From: an uncultured Chlamydiae bacterium
Lineage (GTDB): Bacteria; Chlamydiota; Chlamydiia; Chlamydiales; SM23-39
Length of the DNA: 64,000 nucleotides
Assembly: GCA_963828125.1 (NCBI GenBank)
Contig: CAWHDP010000002.1
Location: forward strand, 576,001 to 640,000
Reading direction: 5' to 3'
The notes under the pieces were generated by a model. It ran no database searches, was not told where the DNA came from, and was given only the letters and a program-made list of their open reading frames with translations. The stretch's first letter is position 1. Each line of letters starts with the position of its first letter. Shown piece by piece: positions 1 through 9,802 of the stretch. Made by a program: the position numbers and the translations under genes.

Positions 1-2
1 TC

Positions 3-212
3 GACCTTGAGGGAGCAATCATTCCCATTTTCGACCGGGAGCGAACAATTGTAGATGCCTTTCGGCTCCTAAGCCGTGAGATTGCGATCAAAGCTCTAAA
101 AGCAGCCCTTGCCAAAGGAGGAAAAAATCGTCTCGACCTCGTAAAGCTGGAAGCGTATGCTAAGAAGCTCCGATTTAATCTTGCCCCTTATTTGCTGAGT
201 GTAACCACATGA
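3..212 (+). CDS. abiEi: AbiEi-family type IV TA antitoxin, 3' end only (runs in from window edge)
   Basis: Frame 3 reads ...IPIFDRERTIVDAFRLLSREIAIKALK...APYLLSVTT*, clearly homologous to the C-terminus of 37303..37899. ATGA overlap with the next gene. Confidence 0.85.
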   Translation, partial: DLEGAIIPIFDRERTIVDAFRLLSREIAIKALKAALAKGGKNRLDLVKLEAYAKKLRFNLAPYLLSVTT

Positions 213-1057
213 TCAATGAACAAGCCCTGAAAGCTCGACTCCAGACGATTGCCAAAGAAAAAGGCATGCCATTCAATTCATGCTTGAAACAGCTACTTCT
301 GGAAAGGTTTCTTGCTAGACTAGGTCGTTCTGCCTATGCCGACAAACTAATCTTCAAAGGGGGCTTTTTGCTCGCCTACATGATGCGGATAGGTAGGGAA
401 ACGGTAGATCTTGACTTTCTCCTTACTCGAATGAAGGCTGAGAAGGCCTCCATTGAAGAGATCTGCAAAGAGATCGCCGCGGTCTCTCTTGAAGATGGAT
501 TTACTTTTTCTTTTGCAGGTGTTGAGCTACTCTCTCAGCCTCATATGGATTATCCGGGATATCGAATTACGCTTAATACCTCTTTCGCAAAAATGAAGGA
601 CAAAATTCACATCGATGTGGGAGTAGGCGACATTGTTGAACCACAGCATCGAGAGATCAAACTTTTCCAATATCGCGGGAAGCCCTTCTTTGAAGATGCG
701 GTTTCTCTCTTGGTTTATCCAGTCGAGACGATTTTCGCAGAAAAATTAGAAACAGTTCTCTCCAAAGGCTCAAAAAACAGTCGAATGAAAGACTATCACG
801 ATCTTTTTCTCTTAGTTCATAGCAAGGGATTGATCGAGTCAAAAAAACTCAAAGAGGCTGTGACAAAAACATTCAAGAACAGAGGAACAACCCTCTCAGC
901 TATTCAATTCGATTCTACCGGACTAAAATCGCTTCAACAACTCTGGGCGGCTCATCTGGATGGACTTGGCGATATCGCAAAAGATCTAGCTCTACCCAAG
1001 AGCATCGAGACCGTAATCGAAGAAATCAACCGTGGGCAGGAATTGCTTTTAGGGTAA
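209..1057 (+). CDS. abiEii: AbiEii/AbiGii-family nucleotidyltransferase toxin
   Basis: Motifs FKGG, RETVDLDF, AEKLE, SRMKDYHD; translationally coupled to abiEi. Confidence 0.9.
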   Translation: MINEQALKARLQTIAKEKGMPFNSCLKQLLLERFLARLGRSAYADKLIFKGGFLLAYMMRIGRETVDLDFLLTRMKAEKASIEEICKEIAAVSLEDGFTFSFAGVELLSQPHMDYPGYRITLNTSFAKMKDKIHIDVGVGDIVEPQHREIKLFQYRGKPFFEDAVSLLVYPVETIFAEKLETVLSKGSKNSRMKDYHDLFLLVHSKGLIESKKLKEAVTKTFKNRGTTLSAIQFDSTGLKSLQQLWAAHLDGLGDIAKDLALPKSIETVIEEINRGQELLLG

Positions 1058-1060
1058 TCA

Positions 1061-1411
1061 TCAATGCCGATCCGCAGAACAAACCCGATTTTTCGAATGC
1101 GCTTTTATCCATTCAAAGAAAGCTTGCTCATTGATCACAACCCGCTTTCCAACTTTGATAAACACCTTGTCGAGTCCCCTTTTATGTCGATTTTTGGCCA
1201 AATGCCTCAAAGCTCCGAGTGTTGGCCAGTCATGGGGCCATTTGATTAGGGGTATAAATCGATTTTGCTGAACTTTCACCTCTTTAGGCAGCCTTGACCC
1301 TACTAAGACGCTTTCTTTCGATTGTAGGACAAGCCATGAGTCCAAAATATGAGTCATTTCTCTGATTTTTCCGCATAAGGCCCGAAGCGCTTGAATTGTG
1401 TCTGCATCCAT
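1061..1411 (-). CDS. Small basic DNA-binding protein, possible excisionase/recombination directionality factor
   Basis: C-terminal WPTLGALRHL...KVGKRVVINEQAFFEWIK resembles Xis/AlpA-like winged helices. GGAGG lies just upstream of ATG 1411. Function is inferred. Confidence 0.5.
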   Translation of the reverse strand: MDADTIQALRALCGKIREMTHILDSWLVLQSKESVLVGSRLPKEVKVQQNRFIPLIKWPHDWPTLGALRHLAKNRHKRGLDKVFIKVGKRVVINEQAFFEWIKAHSKNRVCSADRH

Positions 1412-1607
1412 AAAACCTCCTCGCTTTTTTGGCAAATAATTCAGACATAATGGAGATATCTAAAAAGCATTCACTTTGCAAGATTCGATAGAGATGTGCT
1501 TGGCTCCGTCCTAGTCAAACAGCGCGCGATAGTCAGTTTAAACGCCGTTCTATCGACACGGAAGAGAGAAATCGGTACAATTCTCTTTTTTCTCAACCCC
1601 CAAAGCA

Positions 1608-2567
1608 TTGAACATGAAAACATTTATTGATGAAGCCGGAATCTTTACCGATCCTCAACAGTCGAATGCCCATAAAGTCTCAGCAGTCGGGGCCTTGGTC
1701 ATTCCTGATTGTTCTTATGCTGGCGTTTGCGACCTGCTTACCCAACTCAAAGATCAGTGGGGAGTCAAAGGCGAGGTGAAAGGAAGTAAGCTAACAGAAA
1801 ATCAAGTGCGATCGTTAGTGGAGGGACTGGAAAAGCACAATGTCCTATTCGATGCCGTAATCGTCGATAGCAAGTTTTGCACTCCAACTACGATTGCAAA
1901 CCATAAAGCCCACTTTGCTGCTAAGGTTCTGGCTAATATTTCCCCTTACCACCATCCCAATGTCGTAAAACAAATCCAGACTCTAAGCAAAACGATTGCA
2001 GAAATATCCGACCAACTCTACCTCCAAAGCTTAGCCATGACCTCCCTCGTTCACAGATCACACCAACTCTCAACCCTTTTCTATGTACAACGGACCCCAA
2101 GCGAATTATCTCAATTTCAATGGGTAGTAGACGCGAAGCAAAAAACCCTGACAAAATCGGAACAATGGTGGAAGGATATGCTCAACCCGTGCCTCCAAGG
2201 AATGAGCATGATGAACCCCATGATCATGCTCAAAGGCGCCGACTACAGCCACTACTACCAGTTTAGCGATGATACTCGCCCTACCTTCGGAAGTATCAAT
2301 AAGATTCTCAACGACTTCTCATTTCGAGATTCGGCCTCAGAGGAGGGTTTGCAGCTAGTGGATATTTTAACAACGTCTCTCCGCCGTGCATTAAATCAGA
2401 AATTTCAAATAGAAGGATGGCGCGGAATCGGTCGATTGATGATCCATATGAGAGGTTATAATCTGCTGTCTGTCATCCTCGAGGGAACTATCCCCACGCA
2501 GCAAAGCGTACCCTACCACCATGTGGCTGAGACTTTAAATAAAGAAGCACAGTCGATGATCATCTAG
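1608..2567 (+). CDS. DUF3800-like (RNase H-like fold) protein
   Basis: N-terminal FIDEAG, central EVKGS and C-terminal DS...GLQLVDIL motifs. Confidence 0.7.
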   Translation: MNMKTFIDEAGIFTDPQQSNAHKVSAVGALVIPDCSYAGVCDLLTQLKDQWGVKGEVKGSKLTENQVRSLVEGLEKHNVLFDAVIVDSKFCTPTTIANHKAHFAAKVLANISPYHHPNVVKQIQTLSKTIAEISDQLYLQSLAMTSLVHRSHQLSTLFYVQRTPSELSQFQWVVDAKQKTLTKSEQWWKDMLNPCLQGMSMMNPMIMLKGADYSHYYQFSDDTRPTFGSINKILNDFSFRDSASEEGLQLVDILTTSLRRALNQKFQIEGWRGIGRLMIHMRGYNLLSVILEGTIPTQQSVPYHHVAETLNKEAQSMII

Positions 2568-2568
2568 C

Positions 2569-2620
2569 CTCTATTTTGAACATGGCTGGCTAGCAGTCGG
2601 AGTTGAAAGGATGGAAGGCG
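2569..2620 (+). repeat. Partial copy of the class-1 island arm sequence
   Basis: ctctattttgaacatggctggctagcagtcggagttgaaagga resembles 3587-3630 and ~10975-11020. Confidence 0.6.
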
Positions 2621-2682
2621 AAAAGCCCGCGAGAGTTGAATCCCGCGAGCATTTATTGAGTTTCAGACGTATTTAGCCAAAA

Positions 2683-3306
2683 CTACATGTATTGTCTAAA
2701 ATCATTCTTACCAGAAATAGGATTGTAAGTAAGAAAATGTTTCAAGGTTGCAGGCACTTCATCGAAAAGCAAGTCTACTTTTTGGTTCTCTATCGCCACG
2801 CGATATCTTCTTAAATACTCTTTAAAATGAACAATGAAAGCAGACAAGTACTGAACAAATTGAAGTCGGGTTGAAAGATCAAATTCAATTAGAGGTCGCT
2901 TAGCTAAAACTTCTGACTCGTAAGGCATAATCCCCTCTACAGGTTTTCCTTGCCATACAATCACCTCTTCTAACGTTGAGAGAAGAAAAAGTCTGAAGTT
3001 CTTTGATTTTTCATCGGCTTCCCAACTCAGATACCAACAAGTATTAGAACAGTATCCTAAATAAGCAGGATCTTGTTCAAACTTTCTGTTCAAATGCCTT
3101 TCCTCTAATGGGTTGATTACCGAAGATTTATCTTCTCGGAGAGGATAGGTAAATGGGAAGTTAGCTTTTATTTCGCCAAGTCTTTTTTCGAGATTACGAA
3201 TCTCGTTTGAAGTGTTGTCTAATGCCTGGAACAAACCTTGTGCTTCATTCGCAAGATCATCAAGCTGAAAATTAGTTGATTGTTTAGATTTAGATAATTC
3301 CGTCAT
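2683..3306 (-). CDS. Hypothetical protein with N-terminal coiled coil
   Basis: 207-aa ORF, GAGG upstream of ATG; no recognised family. Confidence 0.65.
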   Translation of the reverse strand: MTELSKSKQSTNFQLDDLANEAQGLFQALDNTSNEIRNLEKRLGEIKANFPFTYPLREDKSSVINPLEERHLNRKFEQDPAYLGYCSNTCWYLSWEADEKSKNFRLFLLSTLEEVIVWQGKPVEGIMPYESEVLAKRPLIEFDLSTRLQFVQYLSAFIVHFKEYLRRYRVAIENQKVDLLFDEVPATLKHFLTYNPISGKNDFRQYM

Positions 3307-3563
3307 AAGTCCTCTGACAATAAAATTTTAAAAGTTTGCTAAAATTCGAAGAACTCAATCTTCTAAATTGTCTCAGTCAAGAGTTAAGAGCCCAGTCAAG
3401 GGACGTTGGCTAGAATTTTGAAATCTAGATTTTCAACAGGAATAAGCAAATCACTGCGCATCCGAAGAAAACATAGCCATTTTATCTAGTGGGTGATTTT
3501 TAGCAACATGCATTTCTTGGAATGCCACCAACTAGAGATATCCGAAAAACAACCCTTTTGTCA

Positions 3564-3708
3564 GACACAATCGCGACACAGTTCGGCTCTATTTTGGTTA
3601 TGTCTGGCCAGCAGTCGACAGTTGAAAGGAAGGCGGTGGATGGGTTATTCTACTGCTGTGAGCAGCGAATGAGTGCTGCGGTTGGTGGTAAGTGCTGCGG
3701 ACTCATAA
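3564..3708 (+). repeat. Island arm (GACACA x2, 11-bp period) ending in a tRNA-CAT core cut at the anticodon loop
   Basis: Close match to 10950-11094. Ends GCTGCGGA-CTCATAA and then diverges from the tRNA 3' half. Confidence 0.85.
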
Positions 3709-4332
3709 GGAGAGAGTGGGTGCTCCTAAGGTTTGAAGAGTTGATTCCTCTTTGTCTTTTTCAGAAGATTTTTTCTCACAAATCACAAGACAACTATGTA
3801 ACAATTCCGCACCTAATTTTTTCATCCTTTCATCAATGCTCGGATATAACTTTTTAAGTAAAGGAACCACAAGTTTTTTCACCTTCATTCGCAAAACATA
3901 CCGTGTTTTACCTTCTAATCGAATCATTTCTACTTCACAGATATATCTAGTTGCATTCGGCCAGACGTGGTACTCAAATACAATTTTCGATTCCTTGTCA
4001 AAACAGGACAAAAACCCCTTAAACCCATATCCCTTTCGTATTCTTATTCTAACTGCACTACCTAACTTCAACGGCTGTTCAAAATCAACCCACTTGATCT
4101 TATTTCTATAGTTGAAATTCATAAATTTGTCAGGATCTGTCAAAAAAGACCAAACAACAGATGGATTTACGCAAGAATCTTCAAACACTTCTACGCATTG
4201 ATAAAACCTCTTATTCCATTGCCTTTCATTTTTTGATCTGCAAACAATCCAAAAAACAAGAGATTGAATAGAAATAATCAAAATAAACAACGGGATAAAA
4301 CCAACATAAGTAAACAGTTCAAAATAATTCAC
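3703..4332 (-). CDS. Membrane-anchored SRPBCC/START-like protein
   Basis: N-terminal hydrophobic helix, then VNPSVVWSFLTDPDKF and a C-terminal long helix typical of SRPBCC domains. Confidence 0.55.
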   Translation of the reverse strand: MNYFELFTYVGFIPLFILIISIQSLVFWIVCRSKNERQWNKRFYQCVEVFEDSCVNPSVVWSFLTDPDKFMNFNYRNKIKWVDFEQPLKLGSAVRIRIRKGYGFKGFLSCFDKESKIVFEYHVWPNATRYICEVEMIRLEGKTRYVLRMKVKKLVVPLLKKLYPSIDERMKKLGAELLHSCLVICEKKSSEKDKEESTLQTLGAPTLSL

Positions 4333-4349
4333 AGAACCTCAGATTCAAT

Positions 4350-5246
4350 TTAATTTTCCACATTTTCTACATTTGCCTGTAAAACAATCCCATTTTTACT
4401 ATAGATTTTCCATGGTTCAATTTTAGAATGGGTAAAAATTTCGAAAATATATCCATCTTCAAATTCCAATCTCACATCCATTCCAGAAGAATCAATACTC
4501 ACATTTTTTAAACTTTTTCCAATAAGATTAGATATTATGTTTCTAAGATCCTTTCCTCGTTCTTCCTTAAATCCAAAATAATAGTCCAATCTTCCTAGAT
4601 AATACTCGTTATTTTTAGTAAGTCTCCACGCGGCCGTTCCTAGATCGACAAGAAAATCATTTGATAGGATCAGTTTCGAAACCTTGTCTTTCTTATAAGA
4701 AATTTCATCTACTTTTTCCCCAAGGATCGGAAGATTCACTTGCGTGAACCGATCATTAATATTTATTTGTTTAGATAAAGATTGTAGAGATTTTATCGAT
4801 TCCTTCGTCGAGCAATCGATAACCATTTCAGAATCATTAGGAAGGAAGATAAGCCATTGGTTTTCAACAGAATAATTAAAAAACGTATTTATCTTATATC
4901 CATCCTCAAAATTCAATTCTATATCTAAGAATTGCGAAATAAAAAGCAAAGATTGAAACCGCTTTCCCAGCAATTTATCAAGAAATGATTGAATGCTAAT
5001 CTCAGGATTCTCATCAGATCCAGTAATATATCCATTGTGATGAGTAATTCTCCATGACGTCCAACTTAACCAAATACTCCATTCCTTCTGAGCGCTTTTT
5101 TTTCCATTAGGAAAGACATATTCCTTTTTCTTACCAAATTCAAAAAAAATATTAGAGCCAATCGAGTTAAATGTTCGATCCATCACCTGGTTAACAAGAC
5201 TCGTATTAATTAAATCGTAACAATGCAAAAACTGTTTATGATCCAC
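4350..5246 (-). CDS. Putative immunity protein for RHS toxin 5236..9729; internally duplicated domain
   Basis: Start overlaps the toxin stop; AT-rich; two similar halves (..WRI..LLGK..ELNFEDGYKINTF / ..WRL..LIGK..RLEFEDGYIFEIF). Confidence 0.7.
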   Translation of the reverse strand: MDHKQFLHCYDLINTSLVNQVMDRTFNSIGSNIFFEFGKKKEYVFPNGKKSAQKEWSIWLSWTSWRITHHNGYITGSDENPEISIQSFLDKLLGKRFQSLLFISQFLDIELNFEDGYKINTFFNYSVENQWLIFLPNDSEMVIDCSTKESIKSLQSLSKQININDRFTQVNLPILGEKVDEISYKKDKVSKLILSNDFLVDLGTAAWRLTKNNEYYLGRLDYYFGFKEERGKDLRNIISNLIGKSLKNVSIDSSGMDVRLEFEDGYIFEIFTHSKIEPWKIYSKNGIVLQANVENVEN

Positions 5247-8200
5247 CTAGCAACCAATATCCTTCTTCTACCATTTCATGATAACCATAACCTTGTCCTG
5301 TGACATGATCGTGAAACTTTCTCTCTTCTCTAGGATTTAATTTTCTTCCCAACTGTCTTTCAATCGCTTTTTTTGCATCTTCAGCCTGTTTATTTTGATC
5401 TGTATTTGATGTTGGCGTACCTGGATCATTTTTTGATATAGTATATGACCCACCTGTGCTGCGAGAGTCAAATGAAATATCTTGAGCATGATAAGTAGTT
5501 GTCGCAATCCCAAGACCCATTAACGCAGCGCCGGTGCTTGTTGTTAGTCCCAGGCCAAATGTAAATCCTCCAATGGTAACTACTTCAAGTGCGAAACCAC
5601 CAGCCATGATAGTTCCCCCTAAAACGATTTGGCCTAAGCCAAGAAGATATCCACCAACGCTTTCTCCATTAGGATCTTGATAAAGAAAAGGATTATTAAA
5701 AACATACTGATATAGATTAGAGTGATCCTCAGGACCAATCGGATCAGGAGTCAGCCAACGTCTCAAAGAGGGGTCATAATAGCGCTTACCAAAGTAGATA
5801 AGTCCTGTTTTAGGATCGTACCTCTTTCCTGCGTACGCATAGGGAATCTCCCCAGAAAGGCCAAATCCGAAAGCATCGCAATCATTTTGCTTGAAGATCT
5901 TCGTCTCTTTCCAATCAACGAGGAAGCGGGTGATCCCTTGAACATCTATGATCGGAGCATAAGGCGTTTGGTTAATCTCAATGGCTACAGGAGTAGCCAA
6001 TCCAGGAATTTTAAGCTCTTTAGGTTCTCCATTTTCAAACGCCCCTATTTCTTCATCGCCAATGTAAAGAAAAGCGGTCTGCCCTCTTTGAAGCCTTCTC
6101 CCTAGGGCATCGTATACGGATATTTCCCCTCCCGATTCAACGAGTTGATCAAATTCATCATAGACGAATCCGGGCCTGACGAGGTTTCCATTTAGGTCAT
6201 AGCTAAGCCCTTCGATTTGATTAAGAGCATCAACAGTCATCGACTGACCATTTAGCTCTTGGAGGTTGTAACGAACATCATAAACAGCCGTAAATCGTCC
6301 AGACTCGAACGTCATTTGCGACTGAGGATCATAGGTGTAACTGTAATCCCCCCGTCTAATTAGATTCCCGGATGGATTGTAGTCAGCGGTTTCTGCGTAA
6401 TATGGGGTATTGTGACTGACTTTTCTTCCCATTCGATCGTACTTGTAGTTTGTTTGGAAGAATCCTGTACTTAAGCGGGGATTGCCTCTTAAATCATGCT
6501 GATCGTAGGTATGGGAATACGCTTCAGTGCCATCGTTTGAAACCCTAGTGACTTTTTTCAGAAAAGGGCCCTCGTAATAATACGCGATTCGAGTCCGATC
6601 AGGCAATCTCCGCTCGAGAGGGCGATCCCAATCATCGTAATCACTTTCAATCCAAAGACCATTAGACCATTCTTCTCGCTTGATATTCCCAAAGGCGTCG
6701 AGCTTTCTAGAAAACCCTGTTCCCCCAATAATCCGATCCAACTCATCATATCGGAATTCCCGAGTTCCTACTTTTTCAAGACGCCACCCTGTATCATATT
6801 CGTGAAACAATACTGTCCCGTCGGGCTTTTGCTTGGTCAAAAGCCGATCGCCTGGTGTGTAGGTCCAATTCGTAGTTCGAGTACCAGCCTCTTTAATCGA
6901 CTGCCTTTTGCCGTTTAGCGTGTAACCAAAGGTAAGATGATCCTGTTTCTTTAAACGAAACAACTTATCGTACTCAAATTTCTCTACTACTTGGCCTGCC
7001 ACTTCCTTTTTCAATAGCCGCTGCTCTGGATTGTACGTCTCTACCGTCTCAAGGCCCATCGGGTCGGTAATCTTTTTTAAAAGAACTTGAGATCCTTTTT
7101 CATAGCGAATTTCGGTTTTATGACCTTCTGGATCAATCTTCTGAATTAAACGATTATGCACGTCAAAGTTAAGTGTAGTGAGCCCTCCTTGCTCTATAGT
7201 AGCGATATTACCGCCCCCATCGTAGGTCCAGAAAAAAGTAAGAACTCCATCTACCGATTTCTTACGTATCCTTCCTAAAGCGTCATTCGTATATTCAGTT
7301 CGACGCCCTCCTCTTTCTTCCCAGGCTAAAAAGCCGAGAGCATCGTAGCCAAAGCGACTAATCCGATTTTGACGCTTCTCTTCAATTTTTCTGCCCACGA
7401 GGTCATATTGGTACTCGGTGACAAAACCTGCGGCATCGATCGTCTCATAGAGATTGTAGCTGTCATTGTGGAAAATAGTAGTGGATTTGCCCACAGTTTT
7501 TTCTTTTGTACGACCGAGAGCATCGTAAAAGTAAGTTGTCACTAGCCCATCTGCATCTGTGTGAGATTTAAGCAGACCATTGGGGAAATAATCAAAAACC
7601 TCTTCTCCCCCACAGGGATGAATGATTTTGGCAACGTCGCCGTAACTGTTATAAGTTTTTAGAGTTTTGACCTTATACGGATCGATCCTCTCTTTTTCTC
7701 TTCCAAAGGCATCATAGACGATTTCTGTAATCGCAGATGGCTCTTCAATTCGGTCTGGCTTCCCATGAACAGGGTCATAATGGTACGTTACTTTATAGCC
7801 CAGATAGTCAATCTTCTCGATTAGCTCATCGGATACGTTGTAGTCAAATCGGGTCTCGTGATCACCCTCGTTGAGCACTTTAAGGCGACCTTTAGCATCG
7901 AATGTGCGTCTAATAACAAGTCCGTTTGAAAAAGGCTCTTCATAAAAGCACCGCCCCCTCGTGTCATATTTGTACGCGGCCACTTCTCCAACGGGGTTTG
8001 TTTCATCTAGCAGCTCCCCTTTTTCGTTATATGTTCGTTCAATGGTATAAGCGATTTTTCCGTCTGAACCATACCGTTCTTCTCTATTTGTATTCCCCCA
8101 CGCATCGTATCCATAACGGATCTTGTGGATAGGCTCGCCATTCCAATCTGTTTTTTCTTCCCATTCGACTCGATGCAAGTAGGGTCCAGTTTGGTAAAGG

Positions 8201-9729
8201 GTATAGATCGTTCTTAGCTTCCCCTCTTCCTCCTTTTGAATAAGATTATTAGCATCATCATAAGAATAAATGGTCTTTCGGAGCTGTTTGCCTGATTCCA
8301 AAGTCGTTTTAGAGATGACTAGCCGGGTATCGCCTAAATAGGTAAATGCGTACTGCAAACCATTATCATATTCTTCATGAATGACACGATTTTTATCGAA
8401 TTTACGCTTTATGCAAAAGACCCCGAAATCTCCTTCTGTTTTTTCCACAGTGGCATTTCCAGTAGCATCGCACTCGAATCGTTTTGCAATAAGAAGATTT
8501 CCCTCGCCGTCCAAAGTTTCTATGCTTTTGATGTGCTGCTTGTGGTCATATTCAAACGTTTTCTTGTTGACTAACTTGGCTCCAAACCAATTCTCAATCG
8601 CTTCTAGCAAAAAGAGTTTGTTGAAGCGATATACCGTTTGCACACCATCGGGATGAGTGACGGTCGTAGAACCGCTTTTTTCCCCTGCAATAGCTGGGTC
8701 ATAGGAAAAAGAAAATGAGCCTGAGGGATTCGAAAAAGTTTGAATACGAGAAGACACATTTTTGTTTTGAAAATAGGTACATGAGACAGGATAGTCTTTT
8801 GCATCATAGGAATTGAGAAGGGTCCTTTCGTTGTATCCAACTGTATTTGTGTAGACAGGATTTGAGCCCCTAGTCATTACTGGAAATCGAAAACTGGCCT
8901 TTTCCTTATAGCCATCTTTTTTGTACTCGCCTTTAATCTCTCGGGTCTCATAGACAAGATCCACTTCTCTTCCATCTGAAGCTAGATAATGATTGCCGCT
9001 GACTCTCGTTATTGAAGCATAAACAAATTGCCCGGTTGAGTCAGAAGATGTAATTTTGAAAAGTCCCTGATCGTTGTATTCATATCGAATCACTTTTCCA
9101 TTTGAGAGCAGCTCTCTTTCAAGCCGATAGACTCCTGGGTAACATTTGAAATATTGGCGTTGAATCCCATCAGGCCAAACAACTTTGACCAAATCCCCGT
9201 CTATCGAAAGCTCAATATTGCGAATATCGGCTGAACTAGTTGGATTCTCGCCTCTTAGGTTGCTGCACCCATAGGAATTGGTTTTTAAAATACCCTTGTT
9301 CCCTTGAATCTGAAATTCTAAAACGAACCCCTGTTGATCGCGCACTTGAAAGTAGGAGGAATTTCGGTTGTAGCCAGCCCAGAGATGAGGATTGACCACC
9401 CATCCCTTCGTTTCAAGCTGATGAAGGGCTTTCCCCAACATGAGCTGATCTAACTTATCTTTGTCTTCATAACGCCCCAGAATCTGAGGAGGCACGTAGG
9501 TTCTTTTCAAAAGAAGATCTTGAGCTCCTTTCACCAGCAGATCTATTTCGCTGATAGAAATCTGACCAGACGAAGCAGAAACATATCCATCGATTAAAAG
9601 ATCAGAAGCCAGAGAAAAAATTTCCTCAGACGAAGAAGGTATAACTTCATCAAAGGAGCCCGCAAAAAGACGAACTCCAAAACCTAAAATGAAAAACCAG
9701 CGCATAAAAATCCCTAAAAAAGAAGCCAT
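5236..9729 (-). CDS. RHS/YD-repeat polymorphic toxin (RHS-A)
   Basis: YD repeats; RHS core GKRYDPKTGLIYFGKRYYDP..RWLTPDP..NLYQYVFNNP..DPNG; Gly-rich hydrophobic pre-toxin segment; short C-terminal tip with QNKQ..FHDHVTGQGYGYHE. Confidence 0.95.
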   Translation of the reverse strand: MASFLGIFMRWFFILGFGVRLFAGSFDEVIPSSSEEIFSLASDLLIDGYVSASSGQISISEIDLLVKGAQDLLLKRTYVPPQILGRYEDKDKLDQLMLGKALHQLETKGWVVNPHLWAGYNRNSSYFQVRDQQGFVLEFQIQGNKGILKTNSYGCSNLRGENPTSSADIRNIELSIDGDLVKVVWPDGIQRQYFKCYPGVYRLERELLSNGKVIRYEYNDQGLFKITSSDSTGQFVYASITRVSGNHYLASDGREVDLVYETREIKGEYKKDGYKEKASFRFPVMTRGSNPVYTNTVGYNERTLLNSYDAKDYPVSCTYFQNKNVSSRIQTFSNPSGSFSFSYDPAIAGEKSGSTTVTHPDGVQTVYRFNKLFLLEAIENWFGAKLVNKKTFEYDHKQHIKSIETLDGEGNLLIAKRFECDATGNATVEKTEGDFGVFCIKRKFDKNRVIHEEYDNGLQYAFTYLGDTRLVISKTTLESGKQLRKTIYSYDDANNLIQKEEEGKLRTIYTLYQTGPYLHRVEWEEKTDWNGEPIHKIRYGYDAWGNTNREERYGSDGKIAYTIERTYNEKGELLDETNPVGEVAAYKYDTRGRCFYEEPFSNGLVIRRTFDAKGRLKVLNEGDHETRFDYNVSDELIEKIDYLGYKVTYHYDPVHGKPDRIEEPSAITEIVYDAFGREKERIDPYKVKTLKTYNSYGDVAKIIHPCGGEEVFDYFPNGLLKSHTDADGLVTTYFYDALGRTKEKTVGKSTTIFHNDSYNLYETIDAAGFVTEYQYDLVGRKIEEKRQNRISRFGYDALGFLAWEERGGRRTEYTNDALGRIRKKSVDGVLTFFWTYDGGGNIATIEQGGLTTLNFDVHNRLIQKIDPEGHKTEIRYEKGSQVLLKKITDPMGLETVETYNPEQRLLKKEVAGQVVEKFEYDKLFRLKKQDHLTFGYTLNGKRQSIKEAGTRTTNWTYTPGDRLLTKQKPDGTVLFHEYDTGWRLEKVGTREFRYDELDRIIGGTGFSRKLDAFGNIKREEWSNGLWIESDYDDWDRPLERRLPDRTRIAYYYEGPFLKKVTRVSNDGTEAYSHTYDQHDLRGNPRLSTGFFQTNYKYDRMGRKVSHNTPYYAETADYNPSGNLIRRGDYSYTYDPQSQMTFESGRFTAVYDVRYNLQELNGQSMTVDALNQIEGLSYDLNGNLVRPGFVYDEFDQLVESGGEISVYDALGRRLQRGQTAFLYIGDEEIGAFENGEPKELKIPGLATPVAIEINQTPYAPIIDVQGITRFLVDWKETKIFKQNDCDAFGFGLSGEIPYAYAGKRYDPKTGLIYFGKRYYDPSLRRWLTPDPIGPEDHSNLYQYVFNNPFLYQDPNGESVGGYLLGLGQIVLGGTIMAGGFALEVVTIGGFTFGLGLTTSTGAALMGLGIATTTYHAQDISFDSRSTGGSYTISKNDPGTPTSNTDQNKQAEDAKKAIERQLGRKLNPREERKFHDHVTGQGYGYHEMVEEGYWLLGGS

Positions 9730-9802
9730 CCTAAGATAGTCAAGAAATTGTGTAAAGAGCGACCCACTAGAGATATCCGAAAAAGAACCCGAAGTTAGGC
9801 TT

